Assembly: GCA_030390025.1 (NCBI GenBank)
Contig: CM059432.1
Coordinates: 118,856,001 to 118,920,000, forward strand
Direction of reading: 5' to 3'
DNA from: Squalus acanthias
Taxonomy: Eukaryota
Length of the DNA: 64,000 bases
Both the position numbers and the translations under genes were made by a program. Shown here one piece after another: positions 24,680 through 36,506 of this stretch (position 1 is its first letter; each line of letters starts with the position of its first letter). The notes under the pieces are model-generated. The model was not told the origin of the DNA. It was given only the letters and a program-made list of their open reading frames with translations, and searched no databases.

Positions 24680-25608
24680 AATGAGAATCGGGGGGAAAAC
24701 TCTCCACTGGCTGGAGTCATACCTAGCACAAAGGAAGATGGTTGTGGTGGTTGAAGGTCAATCATCACAGCCCCAGGACATCGCTGCAGGAGTTCCTCAG
24801 GGCAGTCTCCTGGGCCCAACCATCTTCAGCTGCTTCATCAATGATCTTCCCTCCAACATAAGGTCAGAAATGGGGATGTTCGCTGATGACTGCACAGTGT
24901 TCAGCACCTTTCACAACTCCTCAGATAATGAAGCAGTCCATGCCTGCATGCAACAAGACTTGGACGACATTCAGGCTTGGGCTGATAAGTGGCAGGTAAC
25001 ATTCGCGCCACAGAAGTGCCAGGCAATGACTATCTCTAACAAGCGAGAGTCTAACCACCTCCCCTTAACATTCAACGGCATTACCATCGCCGAATCCCCC
25101 ACCATCAACATCCTGGGGGTCACCATTGACCAGAAACTTAACTGGACCAGCCACATAAATACTGTGGCAAAAAGAGCAGGTCAGAGGCTAGGTATTCTAT
25201 ATCGAGTGTCTCACCTCCTGACTCCCCAAAGCCTTTCCACCACCTACAAGGCACAAGTCAGGAGTGTGATGGAATACTCTCCACTTGCCTGGATGAGTGC
25301 AGCTCCAACAACACTCAAGAAGCTCGACACCATCCAAGAAAAAGCAGCCCACTTGATTGGCACCCCATCCACCACCTTAATCATTCACTCCCTCCACCAC
25401 TGGCATACCGTGCCTGCAGTGCGTACCATCTACAAGATGCACTGCAGCAACTTGCCAAGGCTCCTTCGGCAGCACCTCCCAAACCCGCGACCTCTTCCAC
25501 CTAGAAGGACAAGGGCAGCAGGCGAATGGGAACACCACCACCTCCAAGTTCCCCTCCAAGTCACACACCATCCTTGAACTTGTATCGCCGATCCTTCATG
25601 GTCGCTTC

Positions 25609-27231
25609 TGTAAGGGGGCGTGTCTCAGACGGTGCTGGTGCGAGGTTAGGCCTTCGTTGCCTATACTATTGCTTGCTCTGGTCTCCGGCCAGCCTTTTTG
25701 CAATAAGCACCTGTGAGTGGTTCGACCCACTCGCCCTTACGGTTCCGACACCTGGACTTAGATGCAAGGAGCAGTAATGCAGAGAAAACTCAAATAGACC
25801 CGGTTGAATAGCACAAAATGAATATCTTTATTGCATGGCGTCTAAAATCATGAAATACATGTCATAAGCACAGATCAAAGAGAGTACAAGTATACACACG
25901 TTCATAAAGCTTGGTCTATGGAAATGGAGAACACACGGCACATCGTAAAAAGGGGAACACAATTATACCTTAACCTTATTAAAAACCACCCTCCCTTAAC
26001 AATACCTAAACTACGTCTGGATTTGTAGGATCGGAAAACATGCTCACCACTCGGCTTACTTCAGAGATTTTAAAAATGAGGCACTCAGCTCGTTTCGCTG
26101 CAGCGCCTGACTGTCACGTGTTTGGAAGGGTTTCTGCACCCCACTTGTTTACTCTCGCTGCCGCGAAAAGCAGGCCAGACTCCCTGATGTCATGAAGCAG
26201 TCGATGGACTCAAACCATCTTAGAATTCAAAGAAGAATCTTCCTGTGTTACGGTACATGTAGGAGTCGGTAAAACTCAAAGGAAAGTTCTGTCGGTATAT
26301 TTTCGGGCGCGGTCGGGGTTTACTGACCGTGGCGGCACGTGGAATTTCTTCTCGTTTTCTTCTCGTCTTCTCGGGCCTCCGGGTCCAGACACCGTTTACC
26401 GACACTCGGGATGGTGTACCCTGTTACTTGCCCTTGTCGAGGCGGCTCGTTCCGATTGAGCTCCACCCAACACTCGAATAACCGACCAGTACGGCTAAGA
26501 GTCAAGAGTCAAAAAGCGTCCAGATCAAAATCAAGAGCCCAAAAGTCAAGCGAGTTCAGGAAGAGACCGAGCGAGTCAAGAGACCGATGGACATTTGTCC
26601 TCTATAGTTATACTGTTTTGTCCGCTTTATCTCCCGCTCAAATCTAAATGTTTATCCTTTGTGTGATTTTGGCGCTCAAAACTCACAGCATGGGGCGATT
26701 ATCTTCTTAACGGGTTTCGGTAGCACCTGAAACTGGCCAACTATCCGTTAATGTCTTCCCCATTGTTGAGCCAGCCAGGATGTGTATGAATCGTCTCCTC
26801 GGCTGGTTTTGGGGCCCCCCGAATACTGGCTTAATCACCCGCCAATGTCTCTCTCATTTTTTGAGCCGGGGGGGTGGGTATTTGTGTATTGATGTGTCTA
26901 GATGGGTTCTCGATGGCCCAGTTCAATGATCCTTACTGTGCGTAAGAAACGATTCCAGCACTTATATCATTGCTATTGTTCACAATGCAAACGGGTTGCA
27001 TCCTGCCTTTTCAATGTGTACCGAGTATGATCCGATCTCATACTGAATGTATATTCGACGTCATCTTGTCTGCCCACTGTGTCTCTGGAAGCTTCTGCCA
27101 CGATGCGCGGCGGCCATTTTACAGGCTTCTGTGTCCTTTATTATCAGGACAGCATTTCGTTTAATAAAACTGATCAATTGAATCTGCTTCTCTCATGTTA
27201 TTTTGAATCGCGGTAATTGCAAAACTCTACA
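25609..27231 (-). mobile_element. ~1.6-kb solo-LTR-like insertion
   Basis: TGTA...TACA termini; host LINE 3' UTR is contiguous across it; CpG-rich; no recognisable coding; minus-strand TATA-like (~26603-26613) and AATAAA (~25827-25832). TSD imperfect. Confidence 0.65.
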
Positions 27232-28839
27232 CTGGGTCAAAATCCTGGAACTCCCTACCTAACAGCACTGTGGGAGTACTTTCACCAAACAAACTGCAGC
27301 GGTTCAAGAAGTGGCTCACCACCACTTTCTCAAGGGCAGTTCGGGATGGGCAATAAATGCTGGCCTTGCCAGCGATGCCCACATCCCATAAAAAATGAAT
27401 TAAAAAAAAAGGATGGTGATATTCATCGAGCCTCCTCCTCCCGTTTGTTGTTTAATGGTCCACCGCCATTCACGACTGGATGTGACAGGACTGCAGAGCT
27501 TTGATCTGATCTGTTGATAGTGGGATCGCTTAGCTCTGTCTATAGCATGCTGCTTCCACTTTTTAGCATACATGTAATCCTGTGTTGCAGCTTCCCCAGT
27601 TTGGCACCTCATTTTTAGGCACACCTGGTGCTGCTCCTGGCATGCTCTTCTACACTCCTTATTGAACCAGGTTTGCTCTACTGGCTTTATGGTAATGGTA
27701 GATTGAGTGATATGCCGGGCCATGAGGTTACAGATTGTGGTGGAATACAATTCTGCTGCTGCTGATGGCCCACATCACCTCATGGATGCCCAGTTTTGAG
27801 CTGCCAGATCTGTTCTGAATCTATCCCACTTAGCACGGTGGTAGTGCCACACAACACAATGGAGGGTGTACTCAGTGTAAAGATGGGATTTTGTCTCCAC
27901 AATGATTGTGCAGTGGTCACTGCTACCAATGCTGTCATGGACACATACATCTGCGACACAAGGCCAAGTAGGTTTTTCCCTCGTGTTGGTTCTCTCACCT
28001 CCTGCCGCAGGCCCAGTCTGGCAGTTATGTCCTTCAGGACTCGGCCAGCTCGGTCAGTAGTGATGCTACTGAGCCACTCTGGGTGATGGACATTGATGTC
28101 CCCACCCAGTGTTCATTCTGTGCCCTTGCTACCCTCAGAGCTTCTTCCAAGTGGTGTTTAACATGGAGCAGTACTGATTCATTAGCTGAGGGAGGGCGGT
28201 AGGTGGTAATCAGCAGGAGGTTTCCTTGCCCATGCTTGACCTGAAGCCATGAGACTTCATGGGGTCTAGAGTCAATTTTGAGGACTCCCAGGGCCACTCC
28301 CTCCTGACTGTATACCACGGTGCTGCCAACTCTGGTGGCTCTGTCCACTGGTGAGACAGGACATACCCAGGGATGGTGATGGAGGAGTCTGGGACATTGG
28401 CTGAAAGTTCTGATTCTGTGATATGACTATGTCAGGCTGTTGCTTGACTAGTCTGTGGGAGAGCTCTCCCAATTTTGGCATAATGCCCCAGATGTTGGTG
28501 AAGAGGACTTTGCAGGGTTGACTGGACTGGGTGTGCCGTTGTCGTGTCCGAAGCTGGTGCCAAGATCGATGTCGGGTGGTCCATCCGGTTTCATTCCTAT
28601 TGTTTTCTGTAGCGGTTTTTTACAACTGAGTGGCTTGCTAGGCCATTTCAGAGGGCAGTTAAGAATCAACCATGTTGCTGTGGGTCTGGAGTCACATATA
28701 GGCCAGACCGGGTAAGGACGGCAGATTTCCTTCCCTAAAGGACATTTGCAAAGTGTAATTCAAGCCATTCTGATTGCCTTGCTCCAGACAGAACAGAGCT
28801 CACATAGAACAGACAGGGCTCACCCTCGCGGGTTAAGAC

Positions 28840-29095
28840 CTTCTCCCACCCCCCCCAAACAAGTTCCTAAACTTCCACACACCCCCGAGTTTATGACCCT
28901 TTCCCACCCCAACAAGTTCCTGACCTCTCCCTCCCCGAATTCCTGATCTCCCCATCAAGTTCCTGACTCTCCCCACCCCGCCCGGTTTCCTGACCTTCTC
29001 CCCCTGCCCAAGTTCCTCCCCACCCACCCCCCCCGGGTTCATGACCTCCACCCCCCACCCCGCACCCTGCCAACAAATTCCTGACCTCCCCCCCC
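28840..29095. repeat. Degenerate C-rich minisatellite (unit ~ ccccaagttcctgacctctcc)
   Basis: About 8 imperfect copies of the (a/g)gttcctgac core separated by C-runs. Confidence 0.7.
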
Positions 29096-29409
29096 TTCTA
29101 TAGATTGGACATTGTGTGTGGGTCACAGATTGTTAACAGGTTTATTGGTCATTAATTGATTAGTGACAGTGTCATGACTTCTGGATTTTGTCCCATCCAA
29201 TGATGTCACTTGCCACACACGTACTGAGCTTTCTGAGAAATCAACCAGGTCTAGGGGGAGGAGAGGGAGAAGGTGGTGCGGGTGTAAAGGGGGTGGGGTT
29301 GGAAGAGCGTGATTTGTCTTACCATCTGGATCACGTTCTCACTCTCAACCCCGCTTTAGACCTGGAATACGTTCTTCCCCATCCCCACTGTGCTCTCCAT
29401 GCGCTTCAC

Positions 29410-29721
29410 CTCTGCCCCCCGAGTTCCTGACCTCCTCTCCCCTCCAATTCTCTCTCCCACTCCTCTCTCTCTCTCTCTCCCCCTCTGATGTCCTCTCTCG
29501 CGTCCCTCCATTCTCTCCCTCCTCTCTCTCTCCCCTCCTCTCTCTCTCTCTCCCCGATTCTCTCTCTCTCCTGCTCTGATCCTCTCTCTCCACATCCTCT
29601 CTCTCTCCCCCTCCGTGTCTCCCCCCTCCAATCCTCTCTCACTCTCCCCTCTTCTCTCTCTCTCCCCCTCTCCCTCTCTCCCCCCTCCAATCCTCACTCA
29701 CTCCCCCCTCCAATCTTCTCT
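29410..29721. repeat. Polypyrimidine (CT)n-rich low-complexity tract
   Basis: About 300 bp almost entirely C/T on the + strand. Confidence 0.9.
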
Positions 29722-29756
29722 CAAATTTTCAGAACCTCTCTGGCCATAGGGGAGGT

Positions 29757-30868
29757 CAAAATTGAGAGGTCGCACAACACCAGGTTATAGTCCAACAGTT
29801 TTATTTGAAATCACAAGCTTTCGGAGCTATCGATTTGCTCCTTCCTCAGGTGAAGTAAATTAGATACAGAATCTCCAAAGCATATATAGATGGAAAACAA
29901 AGAATGTGTACTTTACAATTGCAGACCAATAAATTAAATCATCCTGACTATCTGCCGAGGTGTGATAAAGTTAATTAAGTCAGCCAGGAAGGTACCACAT
30001 CAAAGACATAGCAAGATACAACTGAGACAATGAGGTGTAGTCGCAGGGGTTCTAACGTGTCAAAAGCTGCCGTCTGTATGTAAAACGAAAAGCTTTAACA
30101 TTTTTTTACTTTTTTACTGGGAAAATTTTTACTTTTTTTACTGGGAATCACATCTGTGAACAAGCTAACGACGACTCGAGTCCGGATCACGTCATGTATC
30201 GTGACATAAACCCAAGATCCCGATTGAGACCGTCTTCATGAGTGCGAAACTTGGCTATCAGTTTCTGCTCGATGATTTTGCGTTGTCGTGTGTTTCTAAG
30301 GTTGCCTTGGAGAACGCTTACCCGCAGATCCGAGGCTGAATGTCCTTGACTGCTGAAGTGTTCCCCGACTGGGAGGTAACAATCCTGCCTGGCGATTGTT
30401 GCGCGGTGCTCGTTCATACGTTGTCTCAGTGTCTGCATGGTCTCGCCGATGTACCATGCCGCGGTGCATTCTTTCCTGCAACGTATGAGGTAGACAACGT
30501 TGGCCGAGTCACATGAGTATGTACCATGTACCTGGTGGGTAGTGTCCTCACGTGTGATGGTGGTATCTGTGTTGATGATCTGGCATGTCTTGCAGAGTTT
30601 GCCATGGCAGGGTTGTGTGGTGTCGTGGTCGCTGTTATCCTGAAAGCTGGGTAATTTGCTGCGAACGATGGTACTTCTGAGGTTAGGCGGCTGTTTGAAG
30701 GCAAGTAGTGGAGGCGTGGGGATGGCCTTAGCGAGGTGTTTGTCGTCATCGATGACATGTTGAAGGCTGCGAAGAACATGGCGTAGTTTCTCCGCTCCGG
30801 GGAAGTACTGGACGACGTAGGGTACCCTGTTGGTTGTGTCCCGTGTTTGCCTTCTGAGGAGGTCTATG
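29757..30868 (-). mobile_element. Penelope-like element, 5'-truncated, with GIY-YIG endonuclease ORF (30187-~30868) and pLTR
   Basis: NVVYLIRC...WYIGET...LRQRMNEH...VGEHF...EQKLI...GLN motifs; 12-bp TSD cataggggaggt (29745-29756, 30869-30880). Confidence 0.92.
29811..29853 (-). ncRNA. Minimal type I hammerhead ribozyme motif in Penelope pLTR
   Basis: TCAC-CTGAGGA-A-GGAGC(aaatcgata)GCTCC-GAAA-GC-TT-GTGA, on the same strand as the GIY-YIG ORF. Confidence 0.78.
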
Positions 30869-31746
30869 CATAGGGGAGGTACCAGAGGACTGGAGAACAG
30901 ATAACATAGTACCATTATTCAAGAAGGGTAGTAGGGATAAACCAGGGAATTACAGGCCAGTGAGCCTAACATCAGTGGTAGGGAAATTATTGGAAAAAAT
31001 TCTGAGGGACAGAATTAGTCTCCACTTGGAGAGGCAAGGATTAATCAAGGATACTCAGCATGGCTTTGTCAGGGGGAGATCATGTCTGACCAATTTGATT
31101 GAATTTTTCGAGGGGGTGACTAGGTGTCTGGATGAGGGTAGTGCAGTTGATGTGATCTACATGGACTTCAGTAAGGCTTTTGACAAAGTCCCGCATGGGA
31201 GACTGGTCAAGAAGGTAAAAGCCCATGGGATCCAGGGCAACTTGGCACATTGGATCCAAAATTGGCTTAGTGGCAGGAGGCAGAGGGTTATGGTCAAAGG
31301 CTGTTTTTTTGACTGGAAGCCTGTGACCAGTGGTGTACCGCAGGGATCGGTGCTGGGTCTTTTGCTGTTTGTAGTGTACATTAATGATTTAGATATGAAA
31401 TGTAGGAGGTATGATCAGTAAGTTCGCAGATGACACGAAAATTGATGGAGTGGTAAATAACGAGGAGGGAAGCCTCAGGCTACAGGATGATATAGATGGG
31501 GTGGTCAGATGGGCAAAACAGTGGCAAATGGAATTTAACCCTGAAAAGTGTGAGGTGATGCATTTTGGGAGGACTAACAAGGCAAGGGAATACACAATGA
31601 ATGGTAGGACCCTAGAAAGGACAGAGGATCAGAAGGACCTTGGTGTGCATGTACATAGATCCCTGAAGGCAGCAGGACAGGTAGATAAGGTGGTTAAAAA
31701 GGCATATGGGATACTTGCCTTCATTAGCCGAGGCATAGAATATAAG

Positions 31747-31877
31747 ATTGAGAGGTCGCACAACACCAGGTTATAGTCCAACAGTTTTATTTGAAATCAC
31801 AAGCTTTCGGAGCTATCGATTTGCTCCTTCCTCAGGTGAGAAATGTCCACCCCAGTCCAACACCGGCATCTCCGCAT
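31747..31877. mobile_element. Minimal Penelope-type insertion: pLTR end (minus) plus inverted ~35-nt tail
   Basis: 13-bp TSD catagaatataag (31734-31746, 31878-31890); 31747-31839 is identical to 29761-29853. Confidence 0.88.
31797..31839 (-). ncRNA. Minimal hammerhead ribozyme motif
   Basis: Identical to 29811-29853. Confidence 0.78.
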
Positions 31878-32545
31878 CATAGAATATAAGAGCAGGGAGG
31901 TTATGATGGAGCTGTACAAAACGCTAGTTAGGCCACAGCTGGAATACTGTGTGCAGTTCTGGTCGCCACACTATAAGAAGGATGTGATTGCATTGGAGAG
32001 GGTGCAGAGGAGATTCACCAGGATGTTACCTGGGCTGCAGCGCTTCAGCTATGAAGAGAGACTGGACAGGCTGGGGTTGTTTTCCTTAGAGCAGAGAAGG
32101 CTGAGGGGGGACCTGATTGAGGTGTACAAAATTATGAGGGGCATAGATAGGGTAGATAGAAAGGAACTTTCCCCCTTAGTAGAGGGGTCAATAACCAGGG
32201 GGCTTAGTCTCAAGGTAAGGGGCAGAAGGTTTAGAGGGGATTTGAGGAAAAACTTTTTCACCCAGAGGGTGGTTGGAATCTGGAACTCACTGCCTGAAAG
32301 GGTGGTAGAGGCAGGAACCCTCACAACATTCAAGAAGCATTTAGATGAGCACTTGAAACGTCATAGCATACAAGGCTACGGACCAAGTCCTGGAAAATGG
32401 GGTTAAAATAGACAGGGCTTGATGGCCGGCGTGGACACGATGGGCCGAAGGGCCTCTTTCTGTGCTGTATAACTCTATGACTCTATGACTGTGACTCTAT
32501 GACTCTAGATGGGCCATCTGATCCATCACCAAAAACCTCATTGCT

Positions 32546-33093
32546 GGTGCAGAGTTGGGCTATTTGCCCACCAACTGGCCAGCAATTACGTCCACAAATT
32601 TTATGGCGTAAAAGGATACCCGAAATGAAAAAAATGCTTTTTTTTTAATTAAATGATTTCCGGGAACATTAAAAGCTTTAATGAGAAGCAATCCTAGTGT
32701 ATGTTAAAGCTGCAGGTCTTTTTTAAATAGCGTTTACATTTCTGCACAGTACACAGTATTTGTTTAGAGGTGGGAATCATGAGTAATGAATTGGATTCCC
32801 ACGATAAAACCTAAATCTGGAGTGTATTTTGAAGGCTGTAGTAATGAAGTAATGCAGTAATTTAAATGAATGAAAGACTATCATTTTTCCGATTGGAGGA
32901 CCAGGCCCTCGTGATCCCAGATTTGCTTCCGCACAGGCTGCATCCTTGGGATCCGTGACTCATTACGCTGCCCCCCTACTCACAGCGTCAGACCGCAAGC
33001 TTAAGAAGGAGGCCTGCCATCATGTAGGTGCGTATTCTTTTCACAGGCCGACGGCATACTCTGGAGATACGCCAATGACTGCAATTTTTGGCC
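32546..33093. mobile_element. Probable degenerate Harbinger-type MITE
   Basis: Right end gcaatttttggccc|aat matches the TIR consensus; left end ggtgcagagttg is weak. Confidence 0.45.
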
Positions 33094-33289
33094 CAATGTT
33101 TATTGTGTGACAGAGGTTGTGCTGTTGCAAGAGGGGATGCTGGACTGCCATCATGGCAGAGGGGTGCACATGGCCACTAAAAAGGAATTGGAAATAAGTT
33201 TGTAAGAGATGCTAGCTGAGACATTGAGCTGGATGTTGCTGGAATGGGGCATCTCGTGGCTGGCTAGTTAGTTAGAATTTATTTGACCT

Positions 33290-34588
33290 GTAACTTGCTG
33301 GAAGTGCCAGCTGATAATGGTGTGTCGAGGTCAACAGGGCATCTGGGAACTTCATGAACAATGGGACCAACAATGTATCTCCTTAACCAATTAGACTTAA
33401 GGATTGAGAAATAATCAGAGGAATGACCAAGAAGGAGGGTGTATTAGAATCAAATCAGGTACAGAAAGAGAAATAAAGAGAAGGAAAAAAAGATTGGATT
33501 TTAAAAATTCATTCCTGGGATTTGGGCGTCGCTGGTCAAGGCCAGCACTTATTGCCCATCCCTAATTGCCCTTGAGAAGGTGGTGGTGAGCTGCCTTCTT
33601 GAACCGCTGCAGTCCGTGTGGTGAAGGTACTCCCACAGTGCTGTTAGGGAGAGAGTTCCAGGATTTTGACCCAGCGACGATAAAGGAACAGCAATATGTT
33701 TCCAAGTCAGGATGATCTGTGACTTGGAGGGGAACTTGCAGGTGATGGTGTTCCCAGTCGCCTGCTGCCCTTGTCCTTCTAGGTGGTAGAGGTCGCAGGT
33801 TTGGAAGGTGCTGTCGAAGAAGCCTTAGTGAATTGCTACAGTGCATCCTGTAGATGGTGCACACTGTAGCCACATTACGTTGGTGCTGGAGGGAGTGAAT
33901 GTTGAAGGTGGTGGATGGGGTGCCAATCAAGCAGGTTGCTTTGTCCTGGATGGTGTCAAACTTCTTGAGTGTTGTTGGAGCTGCACCCATCTAGGCAAGT
34001 GGAGAGTATTCCATCACACTCCTGACTTGTGCCTTGTCGATGGTGGAAAGGCTTTGGGGAGTCAGGAGGTGAGACCCTCGCCGCAGAATACCCAGCCTCT
34101 GACCTGCTCTTATAGCCACAGTATTTATGAGGATTAAGAGAGGGAGAAAAGAGACAGAGAGGAAAAGTAAGAAATGAAAAATTAAAATTTGAAATTGAAA
34201 TGTTTAAAATCTCCAACAACAATTCACTACCTGAAGGAATGAGGCACCATAGTTTAAATTGTTCCCTTTCTGGGCCAGAGAGGTCATTAACAATTATCGC
34301 ATCACTAAAGGGGTACTTACACTGTTAATTATGAGCCCTAACTTTCTGCGGCGAGTTTAATGGTCAATTAATGTGCAAATCCAGCAAGTTCTTAAAAATA
34401 ACGGGAAGGCTAAGGGTGAGATGCCATTTGTGCAAAGAAGATGGGGGAGCAGTGTAAATTGACCAGCAAGTTCTGGAGAGTCACAACTCAAGGGATATCT
34501 CTTCATCCCTTGAAATTTCTGGCCATTTTGCACATTAATAACGGCATGCGTCGTTAACATACCATTATTTTTCTAGCAAGATCAGGCT
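33290..34588. mobile_element. MITE related to 49633-50396, interrupted by a family A LINE
   Basis: Shares ccaat-aga, gattgg, gaatgag-c-cc and gcaa-atc-aggc segments with the 49633 element; left boundary uncertain. Confidence 0.5.
33500..34127 (-). mobile_element. Family A LINE 3' fragment
   Basis: ORF 33562-33990 and 3' UTR homologous to 11763-12390. Confidence 0.88.
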
Positions 34589-34800
34589 AAATGAAATGAG
34601 TATATTTTTGATTGGTCCCTGCAAAATATGTCAGTAGTATTTTCCTTATCCACTACAAATAAATACATTTGTCCCCTTCATATATATTACACTTATATCT
34701 ATAATATGTTAACAGTCTTGTGTATAGGCACACTTTCTATAAATGTAACTAAAACTTTCTATAACACGTTCCTGTCATGCAATTTCTATCATGCCTAATG

Positions 34801-35200
34801 AAGAATGAGAGGTGATCTCATTGAAACATATAAGATTCTGAGGAGGATTGACAGGGTAGATGCTGAGAGGTTTTTCCTGGCTGGAGAGTCTAAAACTAGG
34901 GGTCATAGTCTCAGGATAAGGGGTCAACCATTTGGGACTGAGATGAGGAGAAATTTCTTCACTCAGAGGTTTGTGAATCTTTTGAATTCTCCATCCCAAA
35001 GGGCTGTGGATGCTGAGTCATTGAATATATTTAAGGCTGAGATTGATAGATTTTGGACTCTAGGAGAATCAAGGGATATGGGGATCGGGCAGGAAAGTGG
35101 AGTTGAGGTCGAAGATCAGCCATGATTTTATTGAATGGCGGAGCAGGCTTGAAGGGCCAAATGGTCTACTCCTGCTCCTAATTCTTATGCTCTTATGTTC
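34801..35200 (+). mobile_element. CR1 3' fragment
   Basis: RGDLIETYKI...FFTQR; 3' stem-loop ggagcagg...cctgctcc; ttcttatg tail. Confidence 0.88.
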
Positions 35201-35550
35201 TAACTGTCACATCTGTCTCTAATTCCTTAACTGTTTAAAATTGAAAATTTACCTGCACATCGCACTTGTCACCATGTCATCTGGCATCTGGGGCGGTGGT
35301 GCTGTTTCCTACAGGACCACCCACCTGAGGACTGAGAATATCGGGCATCTCTCTGAACACTGCCTCATGCCATTCCCCCTCCGTTCTGCCACCTCTCACT
35401 GCCCCTGCCTCTCTTCCCTCCTATCCATTAATGGAAAAGGACTGAGGAGTAAACAGCCTTGGAAGACCTTACTAGTAGCAGTTATCATACCTGAAATCGG
35501 TTTTGTAGTAAACACACCAAAGCAATGTAAAAAGTGAACTTTGGAATATT

Positions 35551-36075
35551 GGCCGGAATTTAAGTTCTTGACCCGCCCAGAGTGGGGAGGTGGGTGGTGG
35601 GGGGTGGGCGCTAACTGCACAGCAAGTGTGGAGTTAAGTGTAACAGTTAAGAAATTATAGACAGGTGTGACAGTTAGGCATGGTAGAAATAGCATGACAG
35701 GAACATTTATACAAAGTGTGCCTATACACAAGACTTTCAGAGCGTTAACTGCACAGCATACGTGTGATGTCACAGACGGGTACCCCGCCCGGAAGTCAGC
35801 CTGATTGACAGGCTTGGCTTCTAGTCGGGCGGGGAACGCTGGACAGGAGGCCGCAAGCACAGGTAGGTGCGAGCAGGTTAAGTCAGAGGCTTCCAGCCTC
35901 ATTATAGTCTTTAAAGTGCCAACCCGCCTCCTGGGAGCGGTTTGGCTGCCCGCTCTCCCGTCCCATCTCCGGAAGTGCAGGTTGGAGGAGGGTTGGGGTC
36001 GAAATTCACATTTTTATTGCTTTAACCTCCCACCCAACCTCAACCCACCCGTTTTTGGGGGGCTAAAATTCCCCT
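35551..36075. mobile_element. Harbinger-like MITE
   Basis: Termini att|ggccggaatttaa and taaaattcccc. Confidence 0.5.
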
Positions 36076-36506
36076 ACATTATTTAAGGTACTTTGACAGG
36101 AAAAACAATGGAAGTTATTGTATTCAAGGCATTTTTAAACAAATATAGCCTGTTACATGTGTGACAAGTAAAACCTTGCAGTTTGAAATGGTGCCATATG
36201 TATATATTCTAAATGGTTAGAGCAGCTGTATTTCATTTATTCCTTTGTATCTGAAAGAAATCTCATAACAATTACTTTAAAAATGTTTAAGCATAGGAAC
36301 GACAACTAGTGGAAAGTCTGTACCACTATTCAAAGTTGTCGGGTGGTCCTGGAGGAGGTCCTGCCGTCTGGCATCACCGGAGGGGGATGGAGGTGGTCTG
36401 CAGGAGTGAGTGAGGGAGGGAGTAGTGGGAGGAGATCTCTGGGGTTAGCGGAACTGGTGCTTCATGTTGTGGTTGAGGTGGGATGGTACTTCTTAGTCAT
36501 GGCAGT

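Larger units (their letters stand above)
23852..27410 (+). mobile_element. Family A LINE, 5'-truncated, inserted antisense into another family A copy; interrupted by a MITE and an LTR-like insert
   Basis: EVRVTALDIKAAFD at 23852; 298-aa RT ORF 24681-25577; 3' UTR resumes at 27232; A-tail at 27402-27410. Confidence 0.88.
11763..28745 (-). mobile_element. Near full-length family A CR1-group LINE split into three blocks (11763-12491, 22850-23853, 27411-28745) by nested insertions
   Basis: T-tail at 11765. RT C-terminus is ORF 11815-12384; RT N-terminus (NYHPISLL, KAAFDRVWH) at 23219-23650; APE motifs (QQPDIVI, TYRPP, EPTRGKNLL) at 27780-28480. Sequence is colinear across both gaps. Confidence 0.88.
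29722..32507 (+). mobile_element. CR1 LINE, 5'-truncated, same subfamily as 18984-22826, interrupted twice by Penelope-type inserts
   Basis: Near-identical to 19875-21076 + 22531-22826; (GACTCTAT)n tail at 32473-32507. Confidence 0.92.

Noticed and set aside
28840..29095. CRISPR-like repeat-spacer array
   Set aside because: Degenerate units with low-complexity spacers in a vertebrate intron.
29345..29790. R/E/G-rich and S/L/P-rich ORFs
   Set aside because: Translations of a CT microsatellite.
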